In this document: positions 1 through 10,076 of the stretch, piece after piece | Position numbering within the stretch: the first letter of the stretch is position 1 | How the letters are laid out: every line of letters begins with the position of its first letter | Source of the DNA: Longimicrobiales bacterium | Lineage (GTDB): Bacteria > Gemmatimonadota > Gemmatimonadetes > Longimicrobiales > Gaopeijiaceae | Assembly: GCA_965202805.1 (NCBI GenBank) | Contig: OZ241869.1 | Location: 800,001-864,000, forward strand | Reading direction: 5' to 3' | DNA: 64,000 nt | Program-made: the position numbers and the translations under genes | Notes under the pieces: generated by a model | Told to the model about the DNA's origin: nothing | Database searches by the model: none | The model's input: the letters and a program-made list of their open reading frames with translations, nothing else

Positions 1-165
1 GCTGCGTTCATCAGGGGATCGCTCGGCGCGGAGCTCCACATCCGGCGCGTACCCGAGCTGCGGTTCGTCGAAGATACCTCGCTCGAGCATGCCGCGCGTA
101 TCGAACAGATCCTCAGGGATGTACTCCCCGGCGACGACAAGGCCGGGGAAGGGGAGGAGACATGA
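1..165 (+). CDS. rbfA: 30S ribosome-binding factor A, C-terminal part (5' end outside window)
   Basis: Frame 1 reads AAFIRGSLGAELHIRRVPELRFVEDTSLEHAARIEQIL..., containing the RbfA 'RxVPELxF..D.S' motif. The stop overlaps the truB ATG, matching the usual rbfA-truB order. Confidence 0.93.
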   Translation, partial: AAFIRGSLGAELHIRRVPELRFVEDTSLEHAARIEQILRDVLPGDDKAGEGEET

Positions 166-1040
166 GCCGTCCTCGCGACGGCGTGTTGCTGGTGGACAAG
201 CCCATCGGCCCCACCTCCCACGACATCGTCCGGGAAGCACGCGCCCGTCTGGGCCTCCGGCGCGTCGGCCATGCCGGGACCCTGGATCCCTTCGCCTCGG
301 GTCTGCTCCTCCTCTGCCTCGGCCCTTCCACCCGCATTTCCCAGTACCTGTCGGCGTTGGACAAGAGCTACCTGGCGACCGCCCGCGTCGGCGTGTCGAC
401 CAGCACACACGACCTGGAAGGGGACGTCGTGGACGACAGCTCCCGGTGGCGTGAACTGGACGAGCGCACGGTCCGGGAGGCCCTCGCGGCGCTCCAGGGC
501 CCGACCTTGCAGGTTCCGCCGCGCTATTCCGCCAAGAAGGTGCGGGGGACCGCCGCCCACCGCCGCTCACGCGGGGGCGAGATGGTGGAGCTCGAACCGG
601 TTCCGGTCGAGGTGTACGAGATACGAGAAATCCGCTGTGCGCTTCCGTTCGTCACCTTTGCGGTGCGCTGTTCCTCCGGAACCTACGTCCGGGCGCTCGC
701 GCGCGATCTGGGGAAGGCATTGGGGACCGGAGCCCACCTTACCGCACTCCGACGCATCCGGGTGGGCGCGATGAACGTCCGTGACGCGGTGCCCGCGGGC
801 GAGTTGCGCGAAGAAGTGCCCCCGGCCGCGCACCTGTCCGCCGCGAGAGCGCTGGCGCACCTGCCAGCCGTGCGCGTGGACGAGGCGGATGCCGCTCGCC
901 TGGCCTGCGGGCAGGCTGTCGAGCCGATCCTCGATCCCGTGCCCGAGGCCGATCCGGTAGTGGCGCTGGAAGGCGGGACCCTGGTCGCCATCGGGATCGG
1001 CCGGAGCGGGGTGCTGAAACCGCGCAAGGTGTTCCGGTGA
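162..1040 (+). CDS. truB: tRNA pseudouridine(55) synthase
   Basis: DKPIGPTSHD, VGHAGTLDPFASG, QVPPRYSAKK and CSSGTYVRALARD motifs. Confidence 0.97.
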   Translation: MSRPRDGVLLVDKPIGPTSHDIVREARARLGLRRVGHAGTLDPFASGLLLLCLGPSTRISQYLSALDKSYLATARVGVSTSTHDLEGDVVDDSSRWRELDERTVREALAALQGPTLQVPPRYSAKKVRGTAAHRRSRGGEMVELEPVPVEVYEIREIRCALPFVTFAVRCSSGTYVRALARDLGKALGTGAHLTALRRIRVGAMNVRDAVPAGELREEVPPAAHLSAARALAHLPAVRVDEADAARLACGQAVEPILDPVPEADPVVALEGGTLVAIGIGRSGVLKPRKVFR

Positions 1041-2044
1041 CGGCGTCCGGCCGCCCGGAAGGTCGTGGCGCGGGACCGGCCCTTCCCGCGCTTGTTCCGC
1101 GCTGTCAGCGAGGGAGCGTCGTCACGGTGGGTACGTTCGACGGCGTCCACCCGGGCCACTGGGAGGTGCTGCGCGAGATGAGCCGGCGAGCCCGCCGCAC
1201 GGGCAGACCCAGCGTCCTGGTGACCTTCCGTCCGCATCCGCTGCAGGTCCTGCGGCCGGAGGACGCGCCACGGCTCCTGACCACGTCGATCGAGAAAAAG
1301 GAGATTCTCGCGCAAACCGGCCTCGACTACGCCGTCTTTCTGCCGTTCACGCGAGCGCTCGCCCGATACACGCCACGGCGTTTCGTCGAGGAGATTCTGG
1401 TCGCCCGCATGAGGGTCAGGGAGCTCGTGATCGGCTACGACCACGGCTTCGGCCGGGGGCGGTCGGGAGACGCCGACGCTCTGGGTGCGATGGGGAAGGA
1501 GCTGGGGTTCGGCGTCCAGGTGGTACCGCCCGTCGTGGCCGGCGGCGGTCCCGTGTCCTCAAGCCGGATTCGCAGGGCACTGCTTGCGGGCGACGTGCGC
1601 GCGGCGCACAAGGGGCTGGGGCGTCCGTACTCGCTGCGTGGAGTGGTGGTGCGGGGCGACGGCCGGGGGCGGCGCCTGGGATTCCCTACCGCGAACCTCG
1701 AGATTCGGGATTCCCGGAAGCTCATTCCGGGCGAGGGAATCTACGCGGTGCGCGCCAGGTTGCCCGCGGGCACGAGGGACGGAGCTCTCCACATCGGACC
1801 ACGCCCTGTCTTCCCCGGTGCCCGAGCCACGATAGAAGTCCATCTTCTCGACTACAATGCCGATCTGTACGGGGCCGAACTCCAGCTGGATCTGATCGAA
1901 CGGCTCCGTGAGGTGCGGCCCTTTGCCACCGTCGCAGACTTGATCAGCCGGATGAACCAGGATGTCCGGCAGGCCCGCCGCATCCTGGACGAGTATCGAG
2001 ACCGCGATTCCTCTCCGCAAACCAGATCCCGGATGACACCATGA
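1037..2044 (+). CDS. ribF: bifunctional riboflavin kinase / FAD synthetase
   Basis: GTFDGVHPGH, GYDHGFG, SSSRIR, GRRLGFPTANL and EVHLLD motifs; follows truB. Confidence 0.97.
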   Translation: MTASGRPEGRGAGPALPALVPRCQRGSVVTVGTFDGVHPGHWEVLREMSRRARRTGRPSVLVTFRPHPLQVLRPEDAPRLLTTSIEKKEILAQTGLDYAVFLPFTRALARYTPRRFVEEILVARMRVRELVIGYDHGFGRGRSGDADALGAMGKELGFGVQVVPPVVAGGGPVSSSRIRRALLAGDVRAAHKGLGRPYSLRGVVVRGDGRGRRLGFPTANLEIRDSRKLIPGEGIYAVRARLPAGTRDGALHIGPRPVFPGARATIEVHLLDYNADLYGAELQLDLIERLREVRPFATVADLISRMNQDVRQARRILDEYRDRDSSPQTRSRMTP

Positions 2045-2385
2045 CCGAACTGACTCGACAGACGTGCGAACCGTGCAGGGTGGGAGCGCCCCCCGCCAGC
2101 GACAGCGAAATCGCGGCCTGGCGTCCACAGATTCCCGACTGGGAAATCGTTGAGCGCGAAGGCGTTCCGCGTCTGGAGCGCGTCTTCTCCTTCCCGGACT
2201 TCGTCCAGGCGCTCTCGTTCACCAACCGGGTCGGCGCGCTCGCCGAGGAGCAGGGGCACCACCCGGCCCTGCTGACGGAATGGGGACGCGTCACTGTCGG
2301 CTGGTGGACCCACAAGATCCGCAACCTCCATGTAAACGACTTCGTAATGGCTGCCAGGACCGACGTGGCTTTCGGCGAAGGCTGA
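2041..2385 (+). CDS. pterin-4-alpha-carbinolamine dehydratase
   Basis: N-terminal CEPC and AEEQGHHP...WWTHKIRNLHVNDFVMAA, typical of the PCD/PhhB family. Confidence 0.92.
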   Translation: MTELTRQTCEPCRVGAPPASDSEIAAWRPQIPDWEIVEREGVPRLERVFSFPDFVQALSFTNRVGALAEEQGHHPALLTEWGRVTVGWWTHKIRNLHVNDFVMAARTDVAFGEG

Positions 2386-2413
2386 GCCGTGTTGCCCGGT
2401 TGGAGCGCGCGCC

Positions 2414-2442
2414 TTGTAGCCTCCACCCCTTATGGCTAGCTT
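2414..2442 (+). promoter_or_regulatory. putative sigma70-type promoter of rpsO-pnp
   Basis: TTGTAG-N17-TAGCTT in the intergenic region. The same -10 hexamer occurs upstream of nuoA. Confidence 0.5.
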
Positions 2443-2521
2443 TGGTCGCCGTTTACAAGTCAGTGGGTTCGCGCCCGGGCTTCCCTTGTAGCGTTCAGAC
2501 TCTTGAGGAGGCGTTCCCGCG

Positions 2522-2782
2522 ATGGGATTCGTAAAGGAAGAAGTCATCCGGAAGTACCAGGTTCACGATGGTGACCGGGGCAGCGCCCCCGTTCAGATCG
2601 CGATCCTGACCCACCGAATCAATCATCTCCAGGGTCACTTCCGCGAACACAAGAAGGACCATCACAGCCGCCAGGGTCTGCTCAGGATGGTGGGCCGGCG
2701 AAGGCGGCTCCTCGAGTACATGAAGCGGACCGACTACGAGAAGTACCGCGAACTCATCGCGGACCTCGGTCTCCGCCACTAG
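2522..2782 (+). CDS. rpsO: 30S ribosomal protein S15
   Basis: [13 protein letters not shown]...[32 protein letters not shown] upstream. Confidence 0.98.
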   Translation: MGFVKEEVIRKYQVHDGDRGSAPVQIAILTHRINHLQGHFREHKKDHHSRQGLLRMVGRRRRLLEYMKRTDYEKYRELIADLGLRH

Positions 2783-2790
2783 GTCAGAGC

Positions 2791-4917
2791 ATGCTGAAAA
2801 GAATCGAGCGACAGTTTGCAGGACGCACCCTGGTCCTGGAGACCGGGCGCATGGCGAGGCAGGCCCACGGAGCCTGCCTCGTTCGTTTTGGCGACACCAT
2901 GGTGCTGTGCACCGCCACGGCGCAGACCAGGCCCACCCACCTCCCCTTCTTCCCTCTCACGGTCGAGTACCGGGAGAAGACCTACGCGGGCGGCAAGATC
3001 CCCGGGGGCTTCTTCAAGCGGGAGGGGCGCCCGGGCGAGAAGGAGATCCTTGCCGCGCGCTCCATCGATCGCCCCATCCGCCCGCTGTTCCCGAAAGGGT
3101 ACATGAACGAAACCCAGATCATCTGCTACATCCTGAGCGCGGACCAGGAAAACGACGCGGACGTCCTCGGTCTGATGGGCGCCTCGGTGGCGCTCAACAT
3201 GTCGAAGATTCCGTTCCACATCCCGGTGGCGTCGGTGCGCATGGGCCGGATTCAGGGCGCCTGGATCGTGAATCCCACCTTCCAGCAACTCGAGTACTCC
3301 GACGTCGACCTGGTGGTGGCGGGATCCGCCGAGGCGATCACCATGGTGGAGGGCGCCGCGGTCGAGGTGCCCGAAGAGGATCTCCTCGAGGGGCTGGGGG
3401 AGGCTCATGGAGCGATCCGCGAACTGGTGGCCATGCAGCGTGACCTCATCGCCGGCGCCTGCGCGGAGGAAATGGAATGGACGAGCGTGGAGCCGGCCCG
3501 TGAACTGGTCGACCAGGTCGAGGCGCTCGCCCGGAAGAGGGTGGCGGCCGCGCTCGAGGTGGAGGAGAAGCAGGCCCGCGCCGCCGCGCTGGCGGAGCTC
3601 GGAGAGGAGGTGGCCGGCCAGGTGCAGAGCGGGGGGACGGAGAGCGACGAAGTTCGCGCCGCCGTGACCGGAGTCCTGCGCAAGCTGGAGAAGCACCATG
3701 TGCGTGCGCGCATCCTCGACGAGGGCAAACGCGCCGACGGTCGCGGAGTGGACGATATCCGCGAACTCGGGTGTGAGGTGGGCGTTCTGCCCCGGCCGCA
3801 CGGATCGGCGCTCTTCACGCGCGGGCAGACCCAGGCTCTGGGCGTGGTCACCCTCGGCACTTCGCGGGACGAACAGCGCATCGATTCGATCGATACGCTC
3901 GAGGAGACCACGAAGTCGTTCATGCTCCACTACAACTTCCCCCCCTTCTCGGTGGGCGAAGCGAGGCCCATCCGCGGGACGTCGCGGCGTGAGGTGGGGC
4001 ATGGAAATCTGGCCGAACGCGCCGTTCAGCCCCTTCTTCCCGATTACGACGATTTCCCCTATACCATCCGCGTGGTTTCCGATGTTCTGGAGTCGAACGG
4101 CTCTTCCTCCATGGCCTCCGTCTGCGCGGCTTCGCTGTCGCTGATGGATGCCGGGGTTCCGCTCCGGGCCTCGTGCGCCGGGGTCGCGATGGGGCTGGTG
4201 AAGGAGGGAGGACGCTTCGCGGTCCTCACCGACATCCTGGGGCTCGAGGACGCACTGGGCGACATGGACTTCAAGGTGGCCGGGACGCGCAAGGGCGTCA
4301 CCGCAATCCAGATGGACATCAAGATCGAGGGACTCGATCTGGAGATCATGCAGCAGGCGCTGGGAAGGGCGCGCACGGCGCGGCACCGCATCCTCGACGC
4401 CATGGATCACGCGATTCCCTCGGCGCGCACGAACCTGTCCCAGTACGCTCCACGCATCATCTCCGTCTCGATCAACCCTGAGAAAATTGGTGAGATAATC
4501 GGGCCTAAAGGAAAGACTATCAGGGCGATACAAGATGAAACCGGAGCCAAGATCGACATTGAGGACTCCGGGGTGGTGAAGATTGCGGCCGTCTCGGGCG
4601 AGGCTGGCGTACGCGCCCGCGAGATGATCGAGGCCATCGCCCAGGAGCCCGAGGTCGGACGCATCTACGAGGGTCCGGTCAAGAACACCACCACCTTCGG
4701 AGCCTTCATCGAGATCTTCCCGGGCACCGAAGGGCTTTGCCACATCTCCGAACTCGCCGAAGGCCGTGTGGGCAAGACCGAAGACGTCCTCAAGGTCGGT
4801 GAGATCGCGCGGGTCAAGCTGCTCGCCATCGATGAGAAGGGCCGCCTGCGTCTCTCCAGACGCGCGGCGCTCGCCGACAACACCCGGGGCGGAGCGTCGT
4901 CCCGGGGCCGCCGGTGA
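2791..4917 (+). CDS. pnp: polyribonucleotide nucleotidyltransferase (PNPase)
   Basis: [25 protein letters not shown] and GDMDFKVAG motifs; KH (IIGPKGKTI) and S1 domains; follows rpsO. Confidence 0.98.
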   Translation: MLKRIERQFAGRTLVLETGRMARQAHGACLVRFGDTMVLCTATAQTRPTHLPFFPLTVEYREKTYAGGKIPGGFFKREGRPGEKEILAARSIDRPIRPLFPKGYMNETQIICYILSADQENDADVLGLMGASVALNMSKIPFHIPVASVRMGRIQGAWIVNPTFQQLEYSDVDLVVAGSAEAITMVEGAAVEVPEEDLLEGLGEAHGAIRELVAMQRDLIAGACAEEMEWTSVEPARELVDQVEALARKRVAAALEVEEKQARAAALAELGEEVAGQVQSGGTESDEVRAAVTGVLRKLEKHHVRARILDEGKRADGRGVDDIRELGCEVGVLPRPHGSALFTRGQTQALGVVTLGTSRDEQRIDSIDTLEETTKSFMLHYNFPPFSVGEARPIRGTSRREVGHGNLAERAVQPLLPDYDDFPYTIRVVSDVLESNGSSSMASVCAASLSLMDAGVPLRASCAGVAMGLVKEGGRFAVLTDILGLEDALGDMDFKVAGTRKGVTAIQMDIKIEGLDLEIMQQALGRARTARHRILDAMDHAIPSARTNLSQYAPRIISVSINPEKIGEIIGPKGKTIRAIQDETGAKIDIEDSGVVKIAAVSGEAGVRAREMIEAIAQEPEVGRIYEGPVKNTTTFGAFIEIFPGTEGLCHISELAEGRVGKTEDVLKVGEIARVKLLAIDEKGRLRLSRRAALADNTRGGASSRGRR

Positions 4918-6224
4918 CGCCTGCCCGCCACCGTCGATCCCTGCGGTCCGCCGGACCGGTCGCGTCGCCTCCCGCAGCCCCGCCCACAACCCTGAACCGG
5001 GACCGCATGGCGGTCACTGCGCTCCCGTCCGGCATCCAGGTCATGAGCGAGTCGATTCCCGGAGTCCGCTCCGCGGCGGTCGGCGTCTGGGTCCCGCACG
5101 GCGCCGCGCACGACGGAGAGGAGGTTCTGGGGGCGAGCCATCTGCTGGAGCACATGGTCTTCCGGGGAACGCAGCACCGTTCACGCGAACAGATCGCGCT
5201 CGCGCTGGAGAGCCTGGGCGGTTCCCTGGACGCCTTCACGAGCCGGGAACACACGAGCTTCCAGGCCCGCGTGCTGGACGAACATCTGCCCCAGGCGCTC
5301 GATGTGCTTGCGGACCTGGTGCTCTTCCCCAGGCTCCTCGACAAGGACCTGGAGCTTGAGCGTCATGTCGTTCTCGAAGAGATATCCACGATCGAAGATG
5401 CCCCGGAGGACTTCGCCTTCGAGCTGCACGGGCAACACCTGTGGGACGGGCATCCCTATGGGGCGTCCATTCTCGGCACCCGCGAAACCGTGTCGGCGAT
5501 CGGGGGAGATGCCTTGCGGGATCTGCACCGGGGGCGCTATGGGGCCGCGGGCATGGTCGTAGCCGCCACCGGCAATGTGGTGCACGACGAGGTGGTTGAA
5601 CTCGCCGCGCACTACTTCCGCAGCGCGGGCCACCGTATTCCGGCGGCCCCGATCGCCGAGCCGCGGCCGGTGGGGGGAAGCGAGGTCCATGTCCGGCGGC
5701 AGACGGCCCAGACCCACATCGTTGCCGGCACCGTAACCCCTCCCAGAGCCGACACCAGGCGATACGCGCTGGTGCTGCTCGCGGCGGCAATGGGCGGCGG
5801 CATGAGCTCCCGGCTGTTCCGGCGCATTCGCGAGGAGCTGGGGCTGGCCTACTCGGTGTACACCTTCCAGTCCTTCTATTCGCGGGCGGGGATATCCGGC
5901 ATCTATGCGGGCACCCGTCACGACGCGGCCGGCCAGGTCATCGACGCCATCAGGGAAGAGCTGGCGGCCGTCGCCCGGGATGGCCTTTCGCGCGACGACC
6001 TCGTCCAGATCAAGAGTCAGGTCAAGGGGCAGATCATGCTTTCCCTGGAGAGCCCCGGTGCCCGGCTGTACCGGCTGGCGGGGTTCGCCCTGCACGAGGA
6101 GCCCTTCACCACGCTGGACGAACTCCTGTCCCGCATCGACCGCGTGACGGAAGCGGAAGTCGCCGACTCCGCGGCCGAGTTCTTTCATCCCGACCGTCAG
6201 TGCCTGCTTCGCCTGGGACCCTGA
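4914..6224 (+). CDS. M16 family zinc peptidase
   Basis: Inverted zinc motif HLLEH; MGGGMSSRLFRRIREELGLAYSV. The true start may be the ATG at about 5007. Confidence 0.93.
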   Translation: MTPARHRRSLRSAGPVASPPAAPPTTLNRDRMAVTALPSGIQVMSESIPGVRSAAVGVWVPHGAAHDGEEVLGASHLLEHMVFRGTQHRSREQIALALESLGGSLDAFTSREHTSFQARVLDEHLPQALDVLADLVLFPRLLDKDLELERHVVLEEISTIEDAPEDFAFELHGQHLWDGHPYGASILGTRETVSAIGGDALRDLHRGRYGAAGMVVAATGNVVHDEVVELAAHYFRSAGHRIPAAPIAEPRPVGGSEVHVRRQTAQTHIVAGTVTPPRADTRRYALVLLAAAMGGGMSSRLFRRIREELGLAYSVYTFQSFYSRAGISGIYAGTRHDAAGQVIDAIREELAAVARDGLSRDDLVQIKSQVKGQIMLSLESPGARLYRLAGFALHEEPFTTLDELLSRIDRVTEAEVADSAAEFFHPDRQCLLRLGP

Positions 6225-6234
6225 GCCGCCGCGC

Positions 6235-7347
6235 ATGCTGATCGGTGTTCCCGCCGAGCGCAAGACGCACGAGTACCGGGTTGCACTGGTTCCGGCGGGT
6301 GTGGAAGCGCTCACCCGGGCGGGCCATCAGGTGCTGGTCGAGAAGGGTGCCGGCCTGGCCAGCGGGTTCACCGACGATTTCTACCAGCGCGCGGGCGCGC
6401 AGGTGGTGGAGAGCGCGCGTGAGCTGTGGGCGCGCGCCGCCATGATCGTGAAGGTGAAGGAACCTCTCGCGGAGGAGTGGCCCGACATGCGGGAGGGGCA
6501 GATCGTCTTCACCTATTTTCACTTCGCGGCATCCGAGGCCCTCACCCGGGCGGTCAGGGAGTCCGGCACCGTGGCCATCGCGTACGAGACGGTTGCCACC
6601 GACGAGGGCGCACTGCCCCTGCTTACGCCGATGAGCGAGGTGGCCGGGAGGATGGCGGTACAGGAGGGCGTGCGGTACCTGACGCGCCCTTCCGGCGGCA
6701 GCGGAATCCTCATCGGAGGTGTGCCGGGGGTCATGCCCGGCAAGGTGCTGATTCTGGGTGGCGGCGTCGTGGGTACGCAGGCGGCCAGGGTGGCCGCGGG
6801 GCTGGGCGCGCGCGTCTCCATTCTGGACACGTCGCTTCCCCGGCTCCGGCATCTGGCGGATGTGATGCCCGCGGGCGTCCATCCCCTCTATTCGACGCGC
6901 TACGCGGTGCGCAAACAGTTGCGCGATTCGGACCTGATCATCGGGGCGGTGCTCCTGGCCGGTGCCCGGACGCCGTTCCTGGTGTTCGAGGATGATCTCG
7001 CAACCATGCGTCCGGGGTCGGTCATCGTGGACGTATCCGTCGACCAGGGCGGATGCGTCGAGACGATCCGACCCACCACGCATGAAGCTCCCACCTACGT
7101 CGTGAACGGCGTGATCCACTACGGCGTCACCAACATTCCGGGCAGCGTGCCCCGAACGAGCACGCTGGCCCTCACGAACGCCACGCTGCCCTGCATCCTG
7201 GAGCTCGCAGGCAGAGGCTGGCAGGATGCCTGCCGCCGCAATCCTGCCCTTGCCCGTGGTCTGAACGTGGTCCGGGGCGAGGTTGTTCACGCCGCAGTGG
7301 CGGACGCCCTTGGCATGCAATTCACACCACTCGACAGTTGTTTCTGA
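6235..7347 (+). CDS. ald: alanine dehydrogenase
   Basis: IGVPAERKTHEYRV, PLLTPMSEVAGR, ILGGGVVG, DVSVDQGGCVET and TSTLALTNAT motifs. Confidence 0.96.
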   Translation: MLIGVPAERKTHEYRVALVPAGVEALTRAGHQVLVEKGAGLASGFTDDFYQRAGAQVVESARELWARAAMIVKVKEPLAEEWPDMREGQIVFTYFHFAASEALTRAVRESGTVAIAYETVATDEGALPLLTPMSEVAGRMAVQEGVRYLTRPSGGSGILIGGVPGVMPGKVLILGGGVVGTQAARVAAGLGARVSILDTSLPRLRHLADVMPAGVHPLYSTRYAVRKQLRDSDLIIGAVLLAGARTPFLVFEDDLATMRPGSVIVDVSVDQGGCVETIRPTTHEAPTYVVNGVIHYGVTNIPGSVPRTSTLALTNATLPCILELAGRGWQDACRRNPALARGLNVVRGEVVHAAVADALGMQFTPLDSCF

Positions 7348-7516
7348 CCCGTGTCGGGAGGCGGAAACCCTTCGAATGCTCCACGTGAGGCAGAATCCGA
7401 ATCTTGCTCCTGATCACGCCGCAACTTAAGATGCGGAGGCTCTCCGGGGGTTGGCCGGAGTCCGCCTGCCCCTTGGGTACCAATCCCTCTTACCTATTGT
7501 AAAACAAAGAGTTAGA

Positions 7517-8560
7517 GTGCTTTCTTCAAGTTGGTTCAAGCCGCGCCGCAGCCTCGTTCCGGTCCATGACATCGCAGTGGACCTGGGAACCGCGAATACG
7601 CTCGTATACGTCCGGGGCGAGGGGGTTGTGGTGAACGAGCCCTGCGTGGTCGCCGTGGAAAAGAGCTCACGCAACATCCTGGGGATCGGTCTCGACGCCA
7701 AACGCATGCTCGGGCGCACCCCGGGGGACATCGAGGCGATTCGACCCTTGAAGGACGGCGTGATCGCGGATGTCGACATCACCGAGATGATGTTGCGCCA
7801 CTTCCTCAAACGGGTCACGTCCCGGCGCATGTTCCGGATGAAGCCGCGCGTGGTGGTGGGCGTTCCTTCGGGCATCACCGAGCTCGAGCGGCGCGCCGTC
7901 CGCTCTTCGGCGCTGATGGCCGGCGCGAAGTCCGTGTACATGGTGGTGGAGCCGGTCGCGGCCGCAGTCGGCATGGGCCTTCCCATCGAGTCACCGACCG
8001 GCAACATGGTGATCGACATCGGGGGCGGCACCACCGAGATCGCCGTGATCTGCCTGTCGGGCGTTGTCGCCAACTCCTCGATCCGGGTGGGCGGCGACAA
8101 GATCGATCACGCGATCGAAGACTCCATGCGCAGGCATTACAAGCTGCTTATCGGAGAATCCACTGCCGAGATGATCAAGATCCAGATCGGATCCGCCTTC
8201 GATACCGGCGATGAACAGGAGATGGACGTCAAGGGTCGCGATCTCGTCAGCGGAATGCCAAAGATGATCCGCATCGGTTCATCGGAAGTGCGGGAGTGGA
8301 TCCAGGAGCCGATCAGATCCATCGTGGACGCGGTGCGCCGCGCGCTCGAGTCGACGCCCCCGGAGCTTTCCGCGGACATCGTGGACAGAGGCCTGCTGAT
8401 GACAGGTGGCGGCGCGATGATCCAGGGGCTTGACCAGCTGATCACGTTCGAGACCAACCTGGCCGTGCATGTGGACGAAGATCCTCTGACCTGCGTTGTG
8501 CGAGGCGCGGGCCGGATACTGGAGGATCTGCACACATTCCGTAAGATCCTGACGGCGTGA
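7517..8560 (+). CDS. mreB: rod shape-determining protein MreB
   Basis: DLGTANT, RPLKDGVIAD, DIGGGTTE and LMTGGGA motifs. Start is uncertain; GTG 7517 was chosen within ORF 7451..8560. Confidence 0.96.
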   Translation: MLSSSWFKPRRSLVPVHDIAVDLGTANTLVYVRGEGVVVNEPCVVAVEKSSRNILGIGLDAKRMLGRTPGDIEAIRPLKDGVIADVDITEMMLRHFLKRVTSRRMFRMKPRVVVGVPSGITELERRAVRSSALMAGAKSVYMVVEPVAAAVGMGLPIESPTGNMVIDIGGGTTEIAVICLSGVVANSSIRVGGDKIDHAIEDSMRRHYKLLIGESTAEMIKIQIGSAFDTGDEQEMDVKGRDLVSGMPKMIRIGSSEVREWIQEPIRSIVDAVRRALESTPPELSADIVDRGLLMTGGGAMIQGLDQLITFETNLAVHVDEDPLTCVVRGAGRILEDLHTFRKILTA

Positions 8561-8623
8561 CCGTTGATCGGCGACCGGTTTCCGGAGTGGTCGAGGCGGC
8601 GGCGCAGGCCTTGAGCCCGACGG

Positions 8624-9559
8624 GTGGCGTTGATGCGGGAATACGGCGGTGCCGGCGGTAACGGACTGCGAAGACAATTCCTCCTGGCGGCGGCCTGTCT
8701 GCTGGTCGGCCTGTTCTTCTACCTGATTCCGGCGGGGCCCCAGCAGAGCATCGCGTCCGGCATTCGCCTGACCCTGCTGCGCCCGTTTGTGGACATCCGG
8801 AGCGCACTGACCGCGGCCCGCTCGAGAGGACGCGAGGCGGACATGCTCCGTGCAGAGGTGGACTCCCTGCGCGCCTGGGTCGCCAACAACGCGGCGGCGA
8901 TAGAGGAAAACCGGCGCCTTCGGGTCCTGATCGGACTGGCGCCGCTCGTCGAGCGGTCGTATCGGGCCGTGAGCGTGCACCGCCCGGGCAATCTGGGCTC
9001 CCAGAGCACGATCGTGCTCGACCTCGGCTACGAGCAGGGTGTCCATGCGCTGTCTCCCATCATCACCGCCGACGGCCTCGCGGGCAGGGTTCTCGAAGCC
9101 CACCCGTCGCTGTCGATCGGCATGGACTGGTCGCACCCGGACTTCCGGGCCTCCGTCATGTCGGAGGACGGCGAGCTCTACGGCATTGTCGGGCCGGAAC
9201 CGGCCACCGTCGGGGACGCCGAGCGACTCGTTCTGACCGGCATCCCGTATTTCGACGTCCTTGTCGACGGTACTCTGGTGGTCACCAGCGGACGCGGGGG
9301 TGTCTATCCGCGAGGCGTGCCCGTGGGGCGGGTCGGGGGGCTGGCCGAGATCGAAGAAGGATGGCACCGGAGTTACTGGGTGTACCCCACCGTACATCCG
9401 GCCTCCGTCACGCACGCGCTGGTCGGCGTTTCCGACGGGGCCGGACCGGAGGGCGAAGCGGACCTGTCCAGTCTGTTCCCCGCAGGAGCGTCACCGGTCC
9501 CGGATTCCGCCGGCGAGGCCGGGCCGGGCGGTTCGCCTGCTCCCGATGGCAGTGGCTGA
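8624..9559 (+). CDS. mreC: rod shape-determining protein MreC
   Basis: N-terminal TM segment, coiled coil EENRRLRVL, and VVTSGRGGVYPRGVPVGRV; follows mreB. Confidence 0.93.
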   Translation: MALMREYGGAGGNGLRRQFLLAAACLLVGLFFYLIPAGPQQSIASGIRLTLLRPFVDIRSALTAARSRGREADMLRAEVDSLRAWVANNAAAIEENRRLRVLIGLAPLVERSYRAVSVHRPGNLGSQSTIVLDLGYEQGVHALSPIITADGLAGRVLEAHPSLSIGMDWSHPDFRASVMSEDGELYGIVGPEPATVGDAERLVLTGIPYFDVLVDGTLVVTSGRGGVYPRGVPVGRVGGLAEIEEGWHRSYWVYPTVHPASVTHALVGVSDGAGPEGEADLSSLFPAGASPVPDSAGEAGPGGSPAPDGSG

Positions 9560-10076
9560 GCGTCCGCTGGCCGGCACCCCTCGGCTCGGAATCGGGTCGA
9601 GCGCGGTCGTTGCCCTCACGCTGATTCTGGTCTTCCTCCATTTCGTTCTGCGGCTCGGCGTGGGGATGGGAGCCGGGGCCCCGGATCTGTTGACCGTCGC
9701 GCTCCTGCTCCATGTTCGCAGGGTCCGATTCGGCACTGCCGCATGCGTCGGGTTCACCCTCGGCATGCTGGAGGACGCGTTCACGCTCGTGGCCTTCGGC
9801 GCCAACACCGTAGCGTTGACCCTGGTGGGCATTCTGGGCGTGCAGACCCGGGCGTTCTTCGTTTCCACCACGTCGCTTTCCTTCAGCATCGTCTACTTTG
9901 TGACCGGCAAGTGGGTGCGTGACTTCATCCACTGGATCCTGCAGCAGGCGGCCGGGGTCAGGAGCGGGTTCATCGAACCGATGATTCTCGCCGGAGTTCC
10001 GGCCGCGCTCTATGCCGCTCTGGTGGGCGTGCTCATCGTGAGGCTCATCGGCCCCTTCAGCGAGAGCGAGTCATGA
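9546..10076 (+). CDS. mreD: rod shape-determining protein MreD
   Basis: Polytopic membrane protein with PDLL and GFTLGMLED, lying between mreC and mrdA. Confidence 0.88.
   Translation: MAVAERPLAGTPRLGIGSSAVVALTLILVFLHFVLRLGVGMGAGAPDLLTVALLLHVRRVRFGTAACVGFTLGMLEDAFTLVAFGANTVALTLVGILGVQTRAFFVSTTSLSFSIVYFVTGKWVRDFIHWILQQAAGVRSGFIEPMILAGVPAALYAALVGVLIVRLIGPFSESES

Noticed and set aside
2041..2385. Pterin dehydratase without an adjacent phenylalanine hydroxylase
   Set aside because: Stand-alone PCD homologues are widespread in bacteria.
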